Shown piece by piece: positions 13,701 to 28,400 of a stretch of DNA of 64,000 nucleotides. Position numbers and translations under genes: made by a program. This stretch comes from Phoronis australis (taxonomy: Eukaryota; Animalia; Phoronida), in assembly GCA_002633005.1 (NCBI GenBank), contig NMRA01000514.1, positions 186,001-250,000 on the forward strand. The letters are read 5' to 3'. Under the pieces are notes generated by a model, which made no database searches, was not told the origin of the DNA, and worked only from the letters and a program-made list of their open reading frames with translations. Within the stretch, counting starts at the first letter, position 1, and every line of letters begins with the position of its first letter.

Positions 13701-15214
13701 AGTAAGCTTTTAAGTAAACACTGTTTAATTAATTCACCCACCCACGTTTTGGTGTCATTTGAGAAATTTTTACTCGCACCTGCATCAAAATGATACACCT
13801 GTTTGTTTCAGTAACATCTGCATCAGTTGAATCAACACTAACTTAATTAAAAGAAAATATAACTATTATTTGTCATAGAGTTAAGGGTTCGAACACCTTG
13901 TTCGCATTCCAAGAATGATGAATTATGGGAATAGGTTTAGTACTGAAATCAGGGGCCTGTTCCAAGAAACTGACTTAATTTCATTTTTGACTTAAGTTTA
14001 GGATTTGTCTTAACTTCCAAACTTTGAAACTTCTACATTAGTCAAAAAAGACAAACCTTATGTCAAACACTTAAAACAAACTTAAGATCTCTTTCTTGAA
14101 TTGGTTTTGAGACAAATTTAACTTTTATTTTAAAATTTACAACAATTTAAGATTTGTCTTAGCTAAGTCAGTTTTGTTGGAACGGGCCCCTAGTCAGTAA
14201 GTTTACATATTTCCCACAATTCGTCATTGTACGGATGATTAAATGGAGCCATTAAATTCCATTTTGTATTTACGAGGCAGTGTAAATTTAACGCTAATCA
14301 TCGTAAAATTTCTGTTTTGTGTCGAACTCCGTTGTCATATTGATCGTTGTCGGATCTGTGGTAGGATCACTCAAACGCTTAATTGGTCGTACACTAATCT
14401 TTGTGTATTTCTTTAACTTCTCGGAATCCAGTCTAGAACATTTTAATTAATCTCCCAACAATGAAAAAATATATAAAAAAACAAAAGTACGAAAAAAACT
14501 TTTTGTGGCAAGCATCAAACTATATGGCAAAAATAGGATATCTTAACATTAATAACTAACAACTAAATGTCGTTATTCTATCCCATCATACTAAATGAGG
14601 ACTTGCGCTGCTTTACGTAACAGGAGCTTTTAAAAAGTTTGTCCAGTTCCATAGTACTAATTGTGAATCGTTTCTCCAACGTATGTTGAATACACGTACA
14701 ATAGGGAAACTTTGTACTCGTCTTCAATGTAGTCAAATATGTATATTAAGCCCCAACTTGAGCCGCAAATATTGTCTTTAACATCGGTGAGTAACCTTGT
14801 GTTGTCGACGCCTGTAGCGGAAGTGGTGCCGCCCCCTCTCCTGGTTACCACTTATTTTTGTCATCCTCGATCCTTAAGCGCCTCGCCCGGTCGATGGAGC
14901 CCCTCGAGCAATGCCGTCTTTATCCTGAAGCTTGCGATTAGGATGAAATACTAAACGTATGTAACGCTGTAAAGTATAACCTTGTCTCAATAGGTCCTCC
15001 AGTCTTTGTGCGATGGCCGTCGACACTGCCAAGTAGACGCCAACAACAAAGTATTTGGGGACCCCTGTTTCGGTACATTTAAGTACCTTCAAGTCCAATA
15101 CACATGTGTCGAATCGACTAGCGAAAGCAATGAGGAAGAAGAGGAGGAAGGAGAAGAAGAAGAAGAAGAAAAAGACGGTAAGATACCACACTTAGCACGG
15201 TAAATATATATATG

Positions 15215-15245
<31 letters not shown>

Positions 15246-18200
15246 ATATATATGGTTTTCAGACGTCGAAGAGCTTCCAAAAAGCAGACCTGACTTGTCT
15301 GAATCCAGCTTTTTGGGCTTTTTGCTCGCAGTGTCTGGTTCCGAGGACCTAGTTTCTCGTAAGAAACGCAAAATTTCGCAAGGCCTTTCAAAAAGGGAAT
15401 GTTTTGAGACACAGCTTGGGAGATTGCTAGGATATCCTTGCAAAATGTCGGCCACTGGAGCTACTGGTAGGTAAGATCGGAGTATGGAATTATGGGATTG
15501 TTTCCNACGCCAACAACAAAGTATTTGGGGACCCCTGTTTCGGTACATTTAAGTACCTTCAAGTCCAATACACATGCGTCGAATCGACTAGCGAAAGCAA
15601 TGAGGAAGAAGAGGAGGAAGGAGAAGAAGAAGAAGAAGAAAAAGACGGTAAGATACCACACTTAGCACGGTAAATATATATATGTGTATATGTATATGTA
15701 TATATATATATGGTTTTCAGACGTCGAAGACCTTCCAAAAAGCAGACCTGACTTGTCTGAATCCAGCTTTTTGGGCTTTTTGCTCGCAGTGTCTGGTTCC
15801 GAGGACCTAGTTTCTCGTAAGAAACGCAAAATTTCGCAAGGCCTTTCAAAAAGGGAATGTTTTGAGACACAGCTTGGGAGATTGCTAGGATATCCTTGCA
15901 AAATGTCGGCCACTGGAGCTACTGGTAGGTAAGATCGGAGTATGGAATTATGGGATTGAGATCAGTGTTTCCGTTCCATAAGTGAAGATTTTCAGTGTCG
16001 CAGGTGCAAGTTAGTGCGGAGCTCTTTCACTTTTAACATGGTTCTCCCTCATCTGTTCAGATGCAGATCATAGTCATCTTTGTCTATTCTTGCCAAACAT
16101 TACTTCTGTCGATGCTGTTGTCTCTAATTACTGTTGCCACCACTTTTTTATTTATTCAGCAATTGACGGAAGTTGGTCACAGTGGTCTAAGTGGGGTGAT
16201 TGTAGTGCCACCTGTGGTGGAGGTAAACAGTCAAGGTCGAGATCGTGTGACAGCCCAGCTCCAGCTAATGGTGGAGCGCTGTGTAAAGGAAGTCAATTGG
16301 ATGAAAGACCATGCAACACGTCTCCCTGATCAGGTAAATTCTGGTGGTACATCAAACAAATGTCTTTCAATTGATAATTCAAGAAGCAATGCTTATGTTA
16401 CTCCTTCAGAATCGGAAATTTTAAGATAATTTCAAATTGAAAAAGACAAAACATGAAGAAACTCGACTCTTCGTCTTCCAGCGTAATTTCAATTCTTAAA
16501 ACTCACTTTGGTTTGAGACATGTCATTGATAAACAGGATGCGTCACCCACTGCGCACGTTAGGTCACGAAGCTAGACAAGCCAGTAATGTCACGTGCTAG
16601 AAGTTACAATGCTTTGTGATATCCGAGGCAGAAATGCAAGATCTGGCTAAGACAATTACTGGCTTTGCTAAATCCTCTTCTGATCGTAATGTTAGCACAT
16701 AGGGCACATGGTGAAACAGAACCTCTGGAATACTTTGGCTCAGTCGATTTGTATTAAAGCTTTAAAGAAGTCTGTTAAAACTTGTGCGTTCAGCTTCAGT
16801 GATGCTCTGAAGCCAATTCATAGAATGACTTAAACATAGAGGGCAAAAACAGTTCAATATATTCCCTCTGTGTCATTATAGCAAAAGATTTAGCTAACCG
16901 AATGTCCAGTTCTCGGTTTATATAAGACGATGCATTTCACCTCAAATTATCCTCATTACGATTTCACTTGCCATGCATGTCCATTTTCATTTGAATCTCT
17001 TATACATGTATTTGGAGCAGGAGGAGACAAAGAAATTTTGGTTTGCGAACACAAAACTTTGAGCATAGCATGCAGCGAAGACGAAGTGATTCAAGTGACA
17101 TCTGCAGTGTATGGACGAAGTGATAGTAAAACGTGTCCGCACAGGTCTATTAGAACAACAAGGTGTGCCGCTACGAGTTCCATGAAGGTAACTTAGTTAT
17201 CATTTGTAGTACATGACATTGCAAAAACTCGTCAAAGTCAATTTTGACCATTAGAAACATATTCTGCAGCATTTAAAACTATCACCAATGGCATAACCAG
17301 AAGCGTCCAACATGGGTCAAAGCACGAAGTTGTTGGCAACGTCGGAGTAGGGCTGAAATGAGGAGACCCACAGGCAATCCACTGAGTAAAACGAGCTTCG
17401 TTCTTCTGGGAATCACTGATTTATTTGCGAATAAGTGATTGCCGTTTATTCTATAGGATATCCAAATAGTATAATCTACTTTGTTTTTCATGGGAATCCG
17501 AATGCATAGGATATTCAAATAGTTATAATCTACTTTGTTTTTCATGGGGAATCCGAATGAATTCAGTTCATTTCCATTTGTTTACATGGATACCCAAACT
17601 CGTCTCCGTGGCTTTTAACTTAACTGTGTGCCTTTTAAGGTTGTGAGTACGAACTGCAACTTGAAAGCCAAGTGCTCCGTGAAAGCAAGTAACAGCGTAT
17701 TTGGAGACCCTTGTGGAGGAACATTCAAGTACCTCAAGGTCGCCTACAGGTGTCAGCCAAAACCAATCGTGATTGATGATTATATGGAAAAAGGTATGTT
17801 GAAGAGACCCACATAGTAAGCTTTATTGTGAAACTAGAAATCTTTTCTATACTATTTACCATGCAAACACTTGCTGTATGTTAACAGTAATCTAATTTGA
17901 GAAATGCATTTTTGTCATAACATTGCACATTTATTCATAAACCTGTATAATAAATAACTCGTAGCGGACAACCACGCAAAAAAACGAAAATGCAACAATC
18001 GATTACATTTTCATGGTAAAACTAATTTCCTATCACATAATTACAGAATGTTCTTTCTTGATAAAATAACGAAGAAACTTCCATTGCAGTTGCTACAGTA
18101 ATTCTTCACTTATTTAGCACACAAGTGGGTAATGGTCGGAAATAACGTGCCCGAATCCCGAGAACAAGTTTTCTCCATTGAATAACGGACACCAAACTGG

Positions 18201-21024
18201 TTCTCAAACCACGGGCACGCTATATATATCGGAATAAAGCCTAAAACTGAATGTCAAAACGGTCATTTCTCTAATTTTCAAAGGTTGACTTAGTTATAGT
18301 TGATGAAAAATTCGCCAAGTGCTGTTTCGTGCAGTACAATTGAGAAGTGACTAATGTCCTAAGCGTACGGCTTCTAAAGTCAATTATAAGAAAGTCACGG
18401 ATTAAGTTTATTGTGGTAAAGTAAATCACATTTCATGTTACACTCTTGGCTTCAACGTAAATTATGTTAATCAGCGGGATATTCCATTATGCGGACAGGG
18501 ATCGTTACCACCCTTAGAAGTTGATCATGCAGGGTAGACAGTCTGAGAGTGAGACGGGTAAACAGGAAACAATTGATTCTTAGCCTGGGCGCCAAGTTCC
18601 CATAAGACAAATTTGAAGATCAATAAGGTTGGTTTTTAGATAGAAAAGCGAAAGTACACATGCTAAGAAATGGACCAGAATCAGTTTTGGTGATCGGTTA
18701 AACACAATATCAGGGAAAATGGCCATAAATCATGTCATTGTGCGGGTTTAGGAGACAAAACCTACGCTAACACTTGGGGATTTTTTGCCCCATCACCTAA
18801 GCGAGCCTGAACCAGACCCGTTCTACTCGATTCACAAATTAATGCTCCTGGCTTAGCCTCGATACTGAAGAAAAAATAGTCTCTCATTTCTCTGAATATG
18901 CATCGACTTTGAATATTGAAAGACGGCTACTTTTTAAATGTACTTTTCAATTTCAAAAACAGTCATGTTCATTGGTCTTATTATTCGTTTTTTAACTTTG
19001 AAATTCGTAAGCTAAACAGGCGCGTTAGCTTACAACCGCAAATATCTCATCCAGCACGTTCAGCCAAACCCCATGAAAACTGACTAGCCCGCCTTCATTG
19101 TGCCGAGGACTTCGCTGAATATTCTGGGAGTAAACAGTGCACGCTTCTCGTCCACTTCGGTGCAAATCCTGCTACAGTAAGATCTACCTAATGTTGTTTT
19201 GCATGTGTTCCATGGGAAATGATTTTTTGACATTTCACGACATTGAGCGGAAATTCTATTATCTTATGTGATATTGGGTGCGCTGTAATGTGACGTTGAT
19301 TTTATAGTTTGCATTAGTTTTTACTGTTTGTTTCATTCCAAAGACTATTTCTTATCTTAAGAGAAAACAACTTTATTCGATAGTGAATGGAGGATGGTCG
19401 AGCTGGTCTAAGTGGGGGAGGTGCAGCGCCACCTGTGGTGGAGGTCGGCAGTCAAGGTCAAGGTCGTGTGATAAACCAGCTCCAGCCAATGGTGGAGCGC
19501 TATGTGAAGGAAGCCATGTGGATAAAAGATCATGCAGCACGTCGCCCTGTCCAAGTAAATGACATTTAATAAATGTTTTGGAGATACAGAAGAACGAAAT
19601 ATCGTTCAATGTCCGAACAAACGACATTCCGAATTCAAACAAGCAGGTGATCGTCTTTTGTTTGACTTATTCATGCATAGCTGGGAGACGGTGCTGGTAA
19701 TTACTGCACAGTTAAAAGCTTGGTCGTGCTCAAAGACTTTCACTTTGCTGAAGTGAACTTTCTGGTCTAAAAGTATGTCCCTGTCAGTGCTAAAAATGAA
19801 GTAATTCAAGTGAAGTCGTCATTGTCACTAATAGACCATTTTAGTGCTTTGCATTTTTATACTTAAACTGAGAGGTGGTCTTATATCAGTATTGCAATGC
19901 CGCGCTCAATTTCTACCTGATACATTTACTCAGTCAGTTCTTGAAACTAAAATGTGCAGTTACTACAAGGCAATGTTGTGTTGCAGATACAGAGCAGCTT
20001 TCTGGAGAATGTTTCTTGGACAAATCTGACAGGTTCTTTGAGTTCACAGCTTACATGAAAGAAAAAAGAAATTCAGTCGCTCTCTGCCTGAAGACTTGTA
20101 AAAGTAAAGGGTACAAATACGCGGGTGTCGAATATTCGACGGAGTGTTTCTGTGGGAGCAAGATAAATAAGTATCCGCGTCGGCCTACTAAGGAGTGCAA
20201 TAAGAAGTGTTCAGGAAGTAATGAAATTTGTGGTGGAACATGGAGGATATCCGTTTTCACGGTTCCGGATGTTGGTAAGCACTTTTTTCTACCGGTAGGC
20301 CTTTTTGAACACGAAACAAAAATGAATTAATATTAATTCACTGTGTAATTTCCCACGTTTTCCAAGGCTCTTAAACATAACCAACCGATCGTTTTCATTA
20401 GTAATACAGCACACATCTTTGGCTGCGTTTCTTCTTAGATGCAAGAAACTCGCTAATTGTTTCGCAAGGTCACGCTAGTCCTTCCCAGGTGTTGACATCG
20501 ACTTTGGAAACGAAGAGCGTTGATCACATTAGCTTTCACACATAAGTATTGAATATGCGGTGCGTAGACCTCTGTTCAAAAATGTGGTTCCTGTACAAAT
20601 ATCGAGTTAATTAAACATAATTCAACTGAAGCAGATACTAACTTTTGTAGCACATATGCCTGATTTTTTAGTTCAACCTTTTTATTCGTTATAGCGCCGA
20701 CTGTATTCATAATTAAACCAATTAGGTTGCCTTTACGAATGTCTTTAGCCACCTTTTTAAACAAAAACACAATAAATTTGGATTATACTACGTTTCAGTT
20801 GAAATACCAGATGTTGATCGTGATATGATGGTTTGTGAACACAAAACTATGACCCTTGCTTGTGGCAAAAACGAAGTGATCCAAGTGACATCTGCAGTGT
20901 ATGGACGAAGAGACAGGAACACGTGTCCTCACAGATCTATCAGGACAACAAAGTGTGCAGCCAGGAGCTCCTTACCGGTAATTGAACGTCAGCGATTCAA
21001 ACAATATTTCTACATGACTAATGA

Positions 21025-21058
<34 letters not shown>

Positions 21059-24000
21059 GTAATGATAAAATAATATTCTTGTTTATTACGTTTTTCAAAT
21101 AATATTTTAACTTAGTTTGCATGTCATCTGCCGTATATTAGTTTTGAGATATTCCGCGAATCTTTTAATCATAGTTTATTTGGTATTAAAGGTTGTGGCT
21201 AGGAGCTGTAACTCCAAACAAAAGTGTTCAGTGAAGGCAAGTAACAGCGTGTTTGGCGACCCCTGTGGAGGAACATTCAAGTACCTCAAGGTCACCTACA
21301 GGTGTCAGCGGAAGCCGATTGTCCTCGTTGATTATGTGGAAAAAGGTATGTCCACCTACATGGATACTTCTTACCTGAAGATTTTGTACCGATGTTAATT
21401 TGAGTCCCCTGTGTTGTACAAAACACGAGTAACATTGAAACGAAGTAAGTTGCTACACTCGCATTTTGGCTTCTGTGTTGTTTTCTAGTTATAAGCATTA
21501 AAGAATGCCACCCAAAAAACAACCTATTTTGTATTAATTTAGACCGAGTAGGTCCACTCGATAACAGCAAGTACAGATCTGTTACTTGACACCTGACGGC
21601 AGACGGAGGTGTTGAAGTTAACAAATGGCGTCAGAGGTTCGAACGTTGTCTGTTCAACGGTTCACAACACGCTTGCTGGTGACAACTTTTCGCTCGAATT
21701 CATCGTTTTGCACCAATAAATCATCCAAATTCGATGTAAAACCCTTATACATACATCGAGTTAATAAACAATTGTGCTGTCTTATTCCGCTGTTTTATTG
21801 CGTTTTTTAGGTATTTGAACGTATCGTAGCCCACAGAGTTCGGTAGCCAAAGGCCAACTTAAGGTCGGTCGGTTATAGGTTTCTGTTCTGTGATAAATCC
21901 GAATTATTCTTCCGTAAAATACAGACAGGAGAACAAAGCTGTGTGTTGTTCTTTTAGATTAGCGATTTTTTCAGTTCTAAACACACAAAACGGTTGCTAC
22001 CCAGGCCCGTGGCTCGGAACCCGATCAGGCCCATCCGGCGGCCGTACTGAAGACATCACGGACATAAACAATCCAAAGTTGGAAACCAGACTTCCAGTCA
22101 CGAAAACACTATACTAGTGAGCCAAAGAAATAAGGTGCACGTGATTGTTTTGGTGAATTAGCTGCGAAACTGTAAAGCTACTTATTAGATCGTCGAGGGC
22201 CTCGAAGTCAGATTACTCTTCCACAGAATCGTAAGGGCAAAAGTTGTACAGTAACAATGATTCGTATAATGTACATGAATATCTAAATAAAGATTTCCTA
22301 ACATCTAACCATAGGACATAAAATCGAGTTATTGTTTCAAAACAGCTTTCATTCTGCAAACACTGAATTAGCATGGGCTCACACGGTCTCGGTGCCCGGT
22401 CAAATAGTTTATCGCGTCTAACGGCGGTATCGCAGTGATTTATTCACTCCTGGCTTCTAAAACATTTGCAATCACGAACACTCCAAGGCATTACAAGTTG
22501 TATCTAATGAGACAGACTTTGTTTCAGATTTATATAAGCATTGATTAGGTGAGAATAATTTATTTTGAAACAAAACACACAATAATAAACGTCAACGTGG
22601 CAACTCGTAATCTCGACTTCTACGAGTGTTCATCTGACGAAGATTTCACAGGTCGATCATTAGGTTTCACAGGCTATCGGTTCGAACCGGAATACACTGA
22701 TCAAGAAAAAATAGAGAATTTCGTGAACGTGCAAAGAGAAAGGAACACATGGATAGCTCCGAAAACCGTTTGAATGACTTGTCATGGTGTAAGTGTGCTA
22801 AATGCACGATAATGGAAACGACTGACGCTTGCGTTTGTTGCCACGAAATTCCACAAGTGAAACGCCTTCTTGGAGAAGCGCAGATGTGTCTCACGGACCA
22901 TACTGATTTTGCACCGCATCTAAACAGAGCTGTGCTTACGACGTTTTTATAGGGCTGAGGAAAAGAACTGGGGAAAACATTCTACACCCAGAGGACCAAA
23001 CAAAAGTCTCACGAACGAGTCAGTCATCAAACACTGAGGTTATGTAAAACGTTATGTTCTCACGCCTTGAATTAAGTGTAATTGTTTATGTTTTCATGGC
23101 CAACTACAATTCTCCATAATTAAAACTGATCAATAACCAGGCGATACGACGAAATGAAGGCCACTGACAGACACGGAGAAGTTTCACAGCGTCATACTTG
23201 GTATTAACGGAGTACTTTTCATTGTTCACTACCCTGAGCCTCTTCCGAAGCACTATGTGCTGTTGAGGAAATAAAAATTAGCAGCTTCATAGTTCGCACA
23301 AGCGGGAACAATACACCACACCAAAGCGGCACTCACTCTGCAGAAGAACCACTGACGTCACCTTCCTCACAGGTTAAAGCGACCGTATACGAGGTGATGT
23401 AGATATACATGTACACCAACTAAGACGGTAAAAAAGACTAATTAAATCGGGTGGCATTCTCCTTTAAATGCTTGAAATATGGGGCCTCGCTTTTGACGCC
23501 CGAAATTGAATTTTGCCTATGCCATTTTAAATAATAAGCTGTTATTTATTCTACTCGTTTTCAGTGAATGGTGATTGGTCTAAATGGACCGAATGGGGAC
23601 CTTGCAGTGCCCCCTGTAGTGGAGGTATACAGTCAAGGTCAAGGTCGTGTGATAATCCCACTCCAGCCAATGGAGGGGCGAAATGTAGAGGGAGCAATGT
23701 GGAAAAAAGATCCTGCAACACTTCTCCATGTTTAAGTAAATTACATTTCGTATTTTGGTTAAAATCTTTAGAACTTTGCTGACGTGATGTGCGTCTAAAT
23801 TTTCTGAACATGTTTCTTGTGACGGAAACCGGTTTGTGGTCACTTTGATTTTAGTCTTGGTCTGCGCTCTCAGAACACGTCGTGTTTGTTATTTGTAAAA
23901 TAATGCGATTTTGCGAGACAAATTCCACCTAGGCGAGACTAGGTGTGCAAATATCGTAGCAATGTACCCCTCTTAATCACTCCGTATACCTAAAGTTCTA

Positions 24001-25435
24001 CCGTGCACTGTTCTGGGCGTTTGGGTTTTCCTAAGCCATGACGGTTTTGGCGAGATGACTTTTTCAGCAAATATCTCCGTTGCACCAGACCATTGTGTGG
24101 AAGACTATTGACAAGGGATGAAAATTAACCGTTGACATTGAAATTTTTATTCGTTTTAACGCACTGTTAATAACTGAAACAACCTGTAACAATGTGTTTT
24201 TTTGTTTTTTTGTTTTTGACGATGTCATCTTTCTGAAACAGGTGGCAGTAAAGACATTTTGGTCTGTGAACACAGAACAATGAACATTGCATGTGGTAAA
24301 AACGAAGTGATCCAAGTGACATCTGCAGTGTATGGACGAAGTGATAGGAACACATGTCCGCACAGGTCTATCAGGACGACGAAGTGTGCAGCTAGAAGTT
24401 CTTTTACGGTAATTAAATCACGATGACGCAAACATGGCTCTATTTCAATTATAACTGTTTTCCTTCTGATAAAGGGTCGTACCTTTTTGATTTTCAACTG
24501 GTCTTGACGTTATTTATTCAGGTTTCACAAACTCAAATATTTTCCAAATCCTATCTTTTTTTATTAATCGTATCTTTATCAATTATCCTTCAAGGTTGTG
24601 GCTAGGAGCTGCAATTCCAAACAAAAGTGCTCGGTGAAGGCAAGTAACGGCGTGTTTGGCGACCCCTGTGGAGGAACATTCAAGTACCTCAAGGTCGCCT
24701 ACAGGTGTCAGCCGATCGTGGTCATTGACTATGTGAAAAAAGGTATCTAAAATATTTTAAGTACCATTGACAGAAAACATACAGAAACAGAGATGGGAGC
24801 ATTTGATTAGCAAAACACGTGTACTGGCGTATTATAATTGACTCATGAACAGCAGATGCAACCGAACTGTTTTTTTTTTCACGGATATGATTCAAAATAC
24901 TGTTAAAGCAGTTGCGTTTATTATGAGGACTTTACAGCATATTTAAAAAGGCGTTTGTATTTTTCTATTCGCCTACAGTTAATGGCGGATGGTCCTCGTG
25001 GTCGTCGTGGAATAGATGTAGCGCCACCTGTGGCGTTGGGAAGCAGCAAAGGTTAAGGTCGTGCACCAATCCACGTCCCGCCAACGGGGGAGCTGTCTGT
25101 AGAGGAACTGGCACAGAAGAGCGTCAGTGCAACAGTGGAAAATGTTCAGGTATCTTTGCTGGATAGTGGTGGTCTGTACTAGAGTACGATGAAAGTTTGA
25201 GTATATCTACTTTAAACTAGAAAAGATGAAAGTTTGAGTATATCTATTTTAAAAATCAAAATATAGGTCTACTGTTTTCTACATTTTGGTAGCATCGGTG
25301 TTCAAAAATTGATTTCGCAGCAATAAAACCTACGACTAGTTTGTTGTGTCGAAGTAGTAGGCCTAAATCTCATGTTACTAGATTAATTTTGCTGAATTTT
25401 TGAACGTGAACAACCTTTACAAACACGCGCGCACG

Positions 25436-25488
<53 letters not shown>

Positions 25489-28400
25489 GAAAGTGCTTGT
25501 TTTCTCCATTGTGGAGCGCTTATTAGTGTGATATAAAGTCGATTTTTTGCATTTTATTTCTCTTATATTCATCTGTATCACCACATTTCTGGCGGGAAAA
25601 TGAAAATTCTGCAAGACCTCGCAGAATTACGCGATAAAAGGCGACTTTTTGCCTAGACTGCGTGGTAGCTTGCTAGTCTTCCTTGCTAATTGTCCCGTCA
25701 CTGTTGGTATTCGTCAGTGAGGTTGGAGTGTTGCATTCTGAGACTAAANAGGAACACATGTCCGCACAGGTCCATCAGGACTACAAAGTGTGCAGCTAGA
25801 AGTTCTTTGACGGTAAATGGATTTTATTTAATTAATATTGTTTTCAATTTCTAATTGTGGAGCATGTTTTCCTTTTGATAAAAGTTCATGACTTTTTGAT
25901 CTTCACCTGATCTTGACGTGATGTATTCAGACTTCACAAATTCAAATACTTTCTTAATCGTATTTTTATCAATTATCCTTCAAGGTCGTGGCTAGGAGCT
26001 GCAATTCCAAACAAAAGTGCTCGGTGAAGGCAAGTAACAGCGTGTTTGGCGACCCCTGTGGAGGAACATTCAAGTACCTCAAGGTCGCCTACAGGTGTCA
26101 GCCGATCGTGGTCATTGACTATGTGAAAAAAGGTATCTAAAATATCGTTAAGTGCCCTAGAAAGAAAAGAGACAGAAACACGAATGATGACATTTGATTA
26201 GCAAAACACATGAACTGACGTATTAATTGCCTCCTGGACAGCAGATGCAGCCAAATAGGGATATGATTCAAGATTAAATTGAAGCAGTTGCTTTAATGAT
26301 GTGTACTTGATGGTTAGCATTTTTAAAGAGACGTTTAATGTTTTTGCTATTCACCCTCAGTTAATGGCGGATGGACCTCTTGGTCGTCGTGGAATAGATG
26401 CAGCGCCACCTGTGGCGTTGGGAAGCAGCAAAGGTTAAGGTCGTGCACCAATCCACGTCCCGCCAACGGGGGAGCTGTCTGTAGAGGAACTGGCAAAGAA
26501 GAGCGTAGTTGCAACAATGGCAAATGTTCAGGTATCGTTATTGGATAGTGCTAGTCTATACTAGAATACGATGAAAGTTTAAGTATATATATATTTCAAA
26601 CTAGAATAAGATGAAGGTTTGAGTATATCTATTTGATGTCAAATTATAGGTCTATGGTTTTCTACACTTGGGTAGAAGCGGTGTTCAATTTTTTTTCACA
26701 GCAATAGAACCTTATTATCAGTTATTTCTGTCAAAGTGGTAGTAGGCGTTTATCTCATGTACATGTAACTCAAATTGATTTTGCTGTATTTTCTATCGTG
26801 AACAACTCTGTGTACACGCACATGGGAAAGCGCCAGTCTTTTCCTAGTATAGCGCGTTGTAGTGGGATTTGAAGTCGATTGTAATGCATTTTTATTATTC
26901 GTCTACTCTGGCCATTTCACCAAGTTTCTAGAAAGAAAAGGAAACTCCTCCAAGACCTCGCAGAATTACGCGAGTAAAATGTGACTGGCAAACGTGCGCG
27001 GCTACTTACTAACAGTCCTAGCTAAATGACGGTCGCTTTTTGGATTGGTCGGTGAGGTTGGAGTGTTGCATTCTGAGATTAAATTCACCGTTTCTCTCCA
27101 AGTGCATGCTGATGCCTTGCGGTCTACAGAAGTCAGTCTTGGATTTTCAATTTGCGGCTGGACTCCCTACACATTGGGTGGAGAGTAACTCCGTTGATTT
27201 AACAGTAACCGTTCATGTTTAAATCATGATTTTTAACATTTTGTAAACTCAAACAACTTTTAACAACGTGTTTCCTTTTTTCTGTTTGGACCATGTCAGT
27301 TTTCTGAAACAGGTGGCGGTAAAGACATTTTGGTCTGTGAACACAGAACAATGAACATTGCATGTGGTAAAGACGAAGTGATTCAAGTGACATCTGCAGT
27401 GTATGGACGAAGTGATAGAAACACATGTCCGCACAAGTCTATCAGGACAACAAAGTGTGCAGCTAGAAGTTCTTTGACGGTAATAAATCACGGGGATGCA
27501 AACATGGATTTTATTTGATTAATATTGTTTTCATTTTCTAATTGTGGAGCATGTTTTCCATTTGATAAAAGGTCGTGACCTTTTGATTTTCACCTGATCT
27601 TGACGTGATATATTCAGGTTTCACAAATTCTTTTTACTTTCTTATCGTTTTTCTATCAATTATCCTTCAAGGTCGTGGCTAGGAGCTGCAATTCCAAACA
27701 AAAGTGCTCGGTGAAGGCAAGTAACAGCGTGTTTGGCGACCCCTGTAGGGGAACATTCAAGTACCTCAAGGTCGCCTACAGGTGTCAGCGGAAGCCAATC
27801 GTGGTGGTTGACTTTGTGAAAAAAGGTATCTAAAATATTATTAGACAGCCTAGACAGAAAGAAACACAAATGGTGACATTTGAATAACACTGACGTAATT
27901 CTACTTATGCATTATTGGCCAGCAGAACAGCAGATGCAGCCAAGTTGGTATTTTTCTTAGCAGTCTTAAAAAAGGAGAATGTTTTTTTTTTTTTGCTTTT
28001 ACCTTCCAGTTAATGGCGGGTGGACCTCCTGGTCGTCGTGGAATAGATGTAGCGCCACCTGTGGAGTTGGGAAGCAGCAAAGGTTAAGGTCGTGTACCAA
28101 TCCACGTCCCGCCAACGGGGGAGCTGTCTGTAGAGGAACTGGCAAAGAAGAGCGTCGTTGCGACAGTGGCAAATGTCCAGGTGTTGTTGCTTCTCTTTTT
28201 TCGAGCTCATTCATCCTGCAAATATTTACGCATGAACGACATCAAAGACAAACCACAAGTTTGATTGGGATGAAAATTTTACTTTATCGTCATCAAAAGC
28301 CTAGAAAAGTTTAAAACTTCTCAAGGCGTCGATCACATTGCAAAATGTTTGGGACGGCACCATATCCATCTATTCTATCATTGAAACCATTGTGAACATT

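Noticed and set aside
15037-15958. Apparent duplicated SUEL C-half exon (alternative exon)
   Set aside because: The second copy starts mid-exon right after an N, lacks the acceptor, and differs only by allele-level changes, so it is most likely an assembly overlap.
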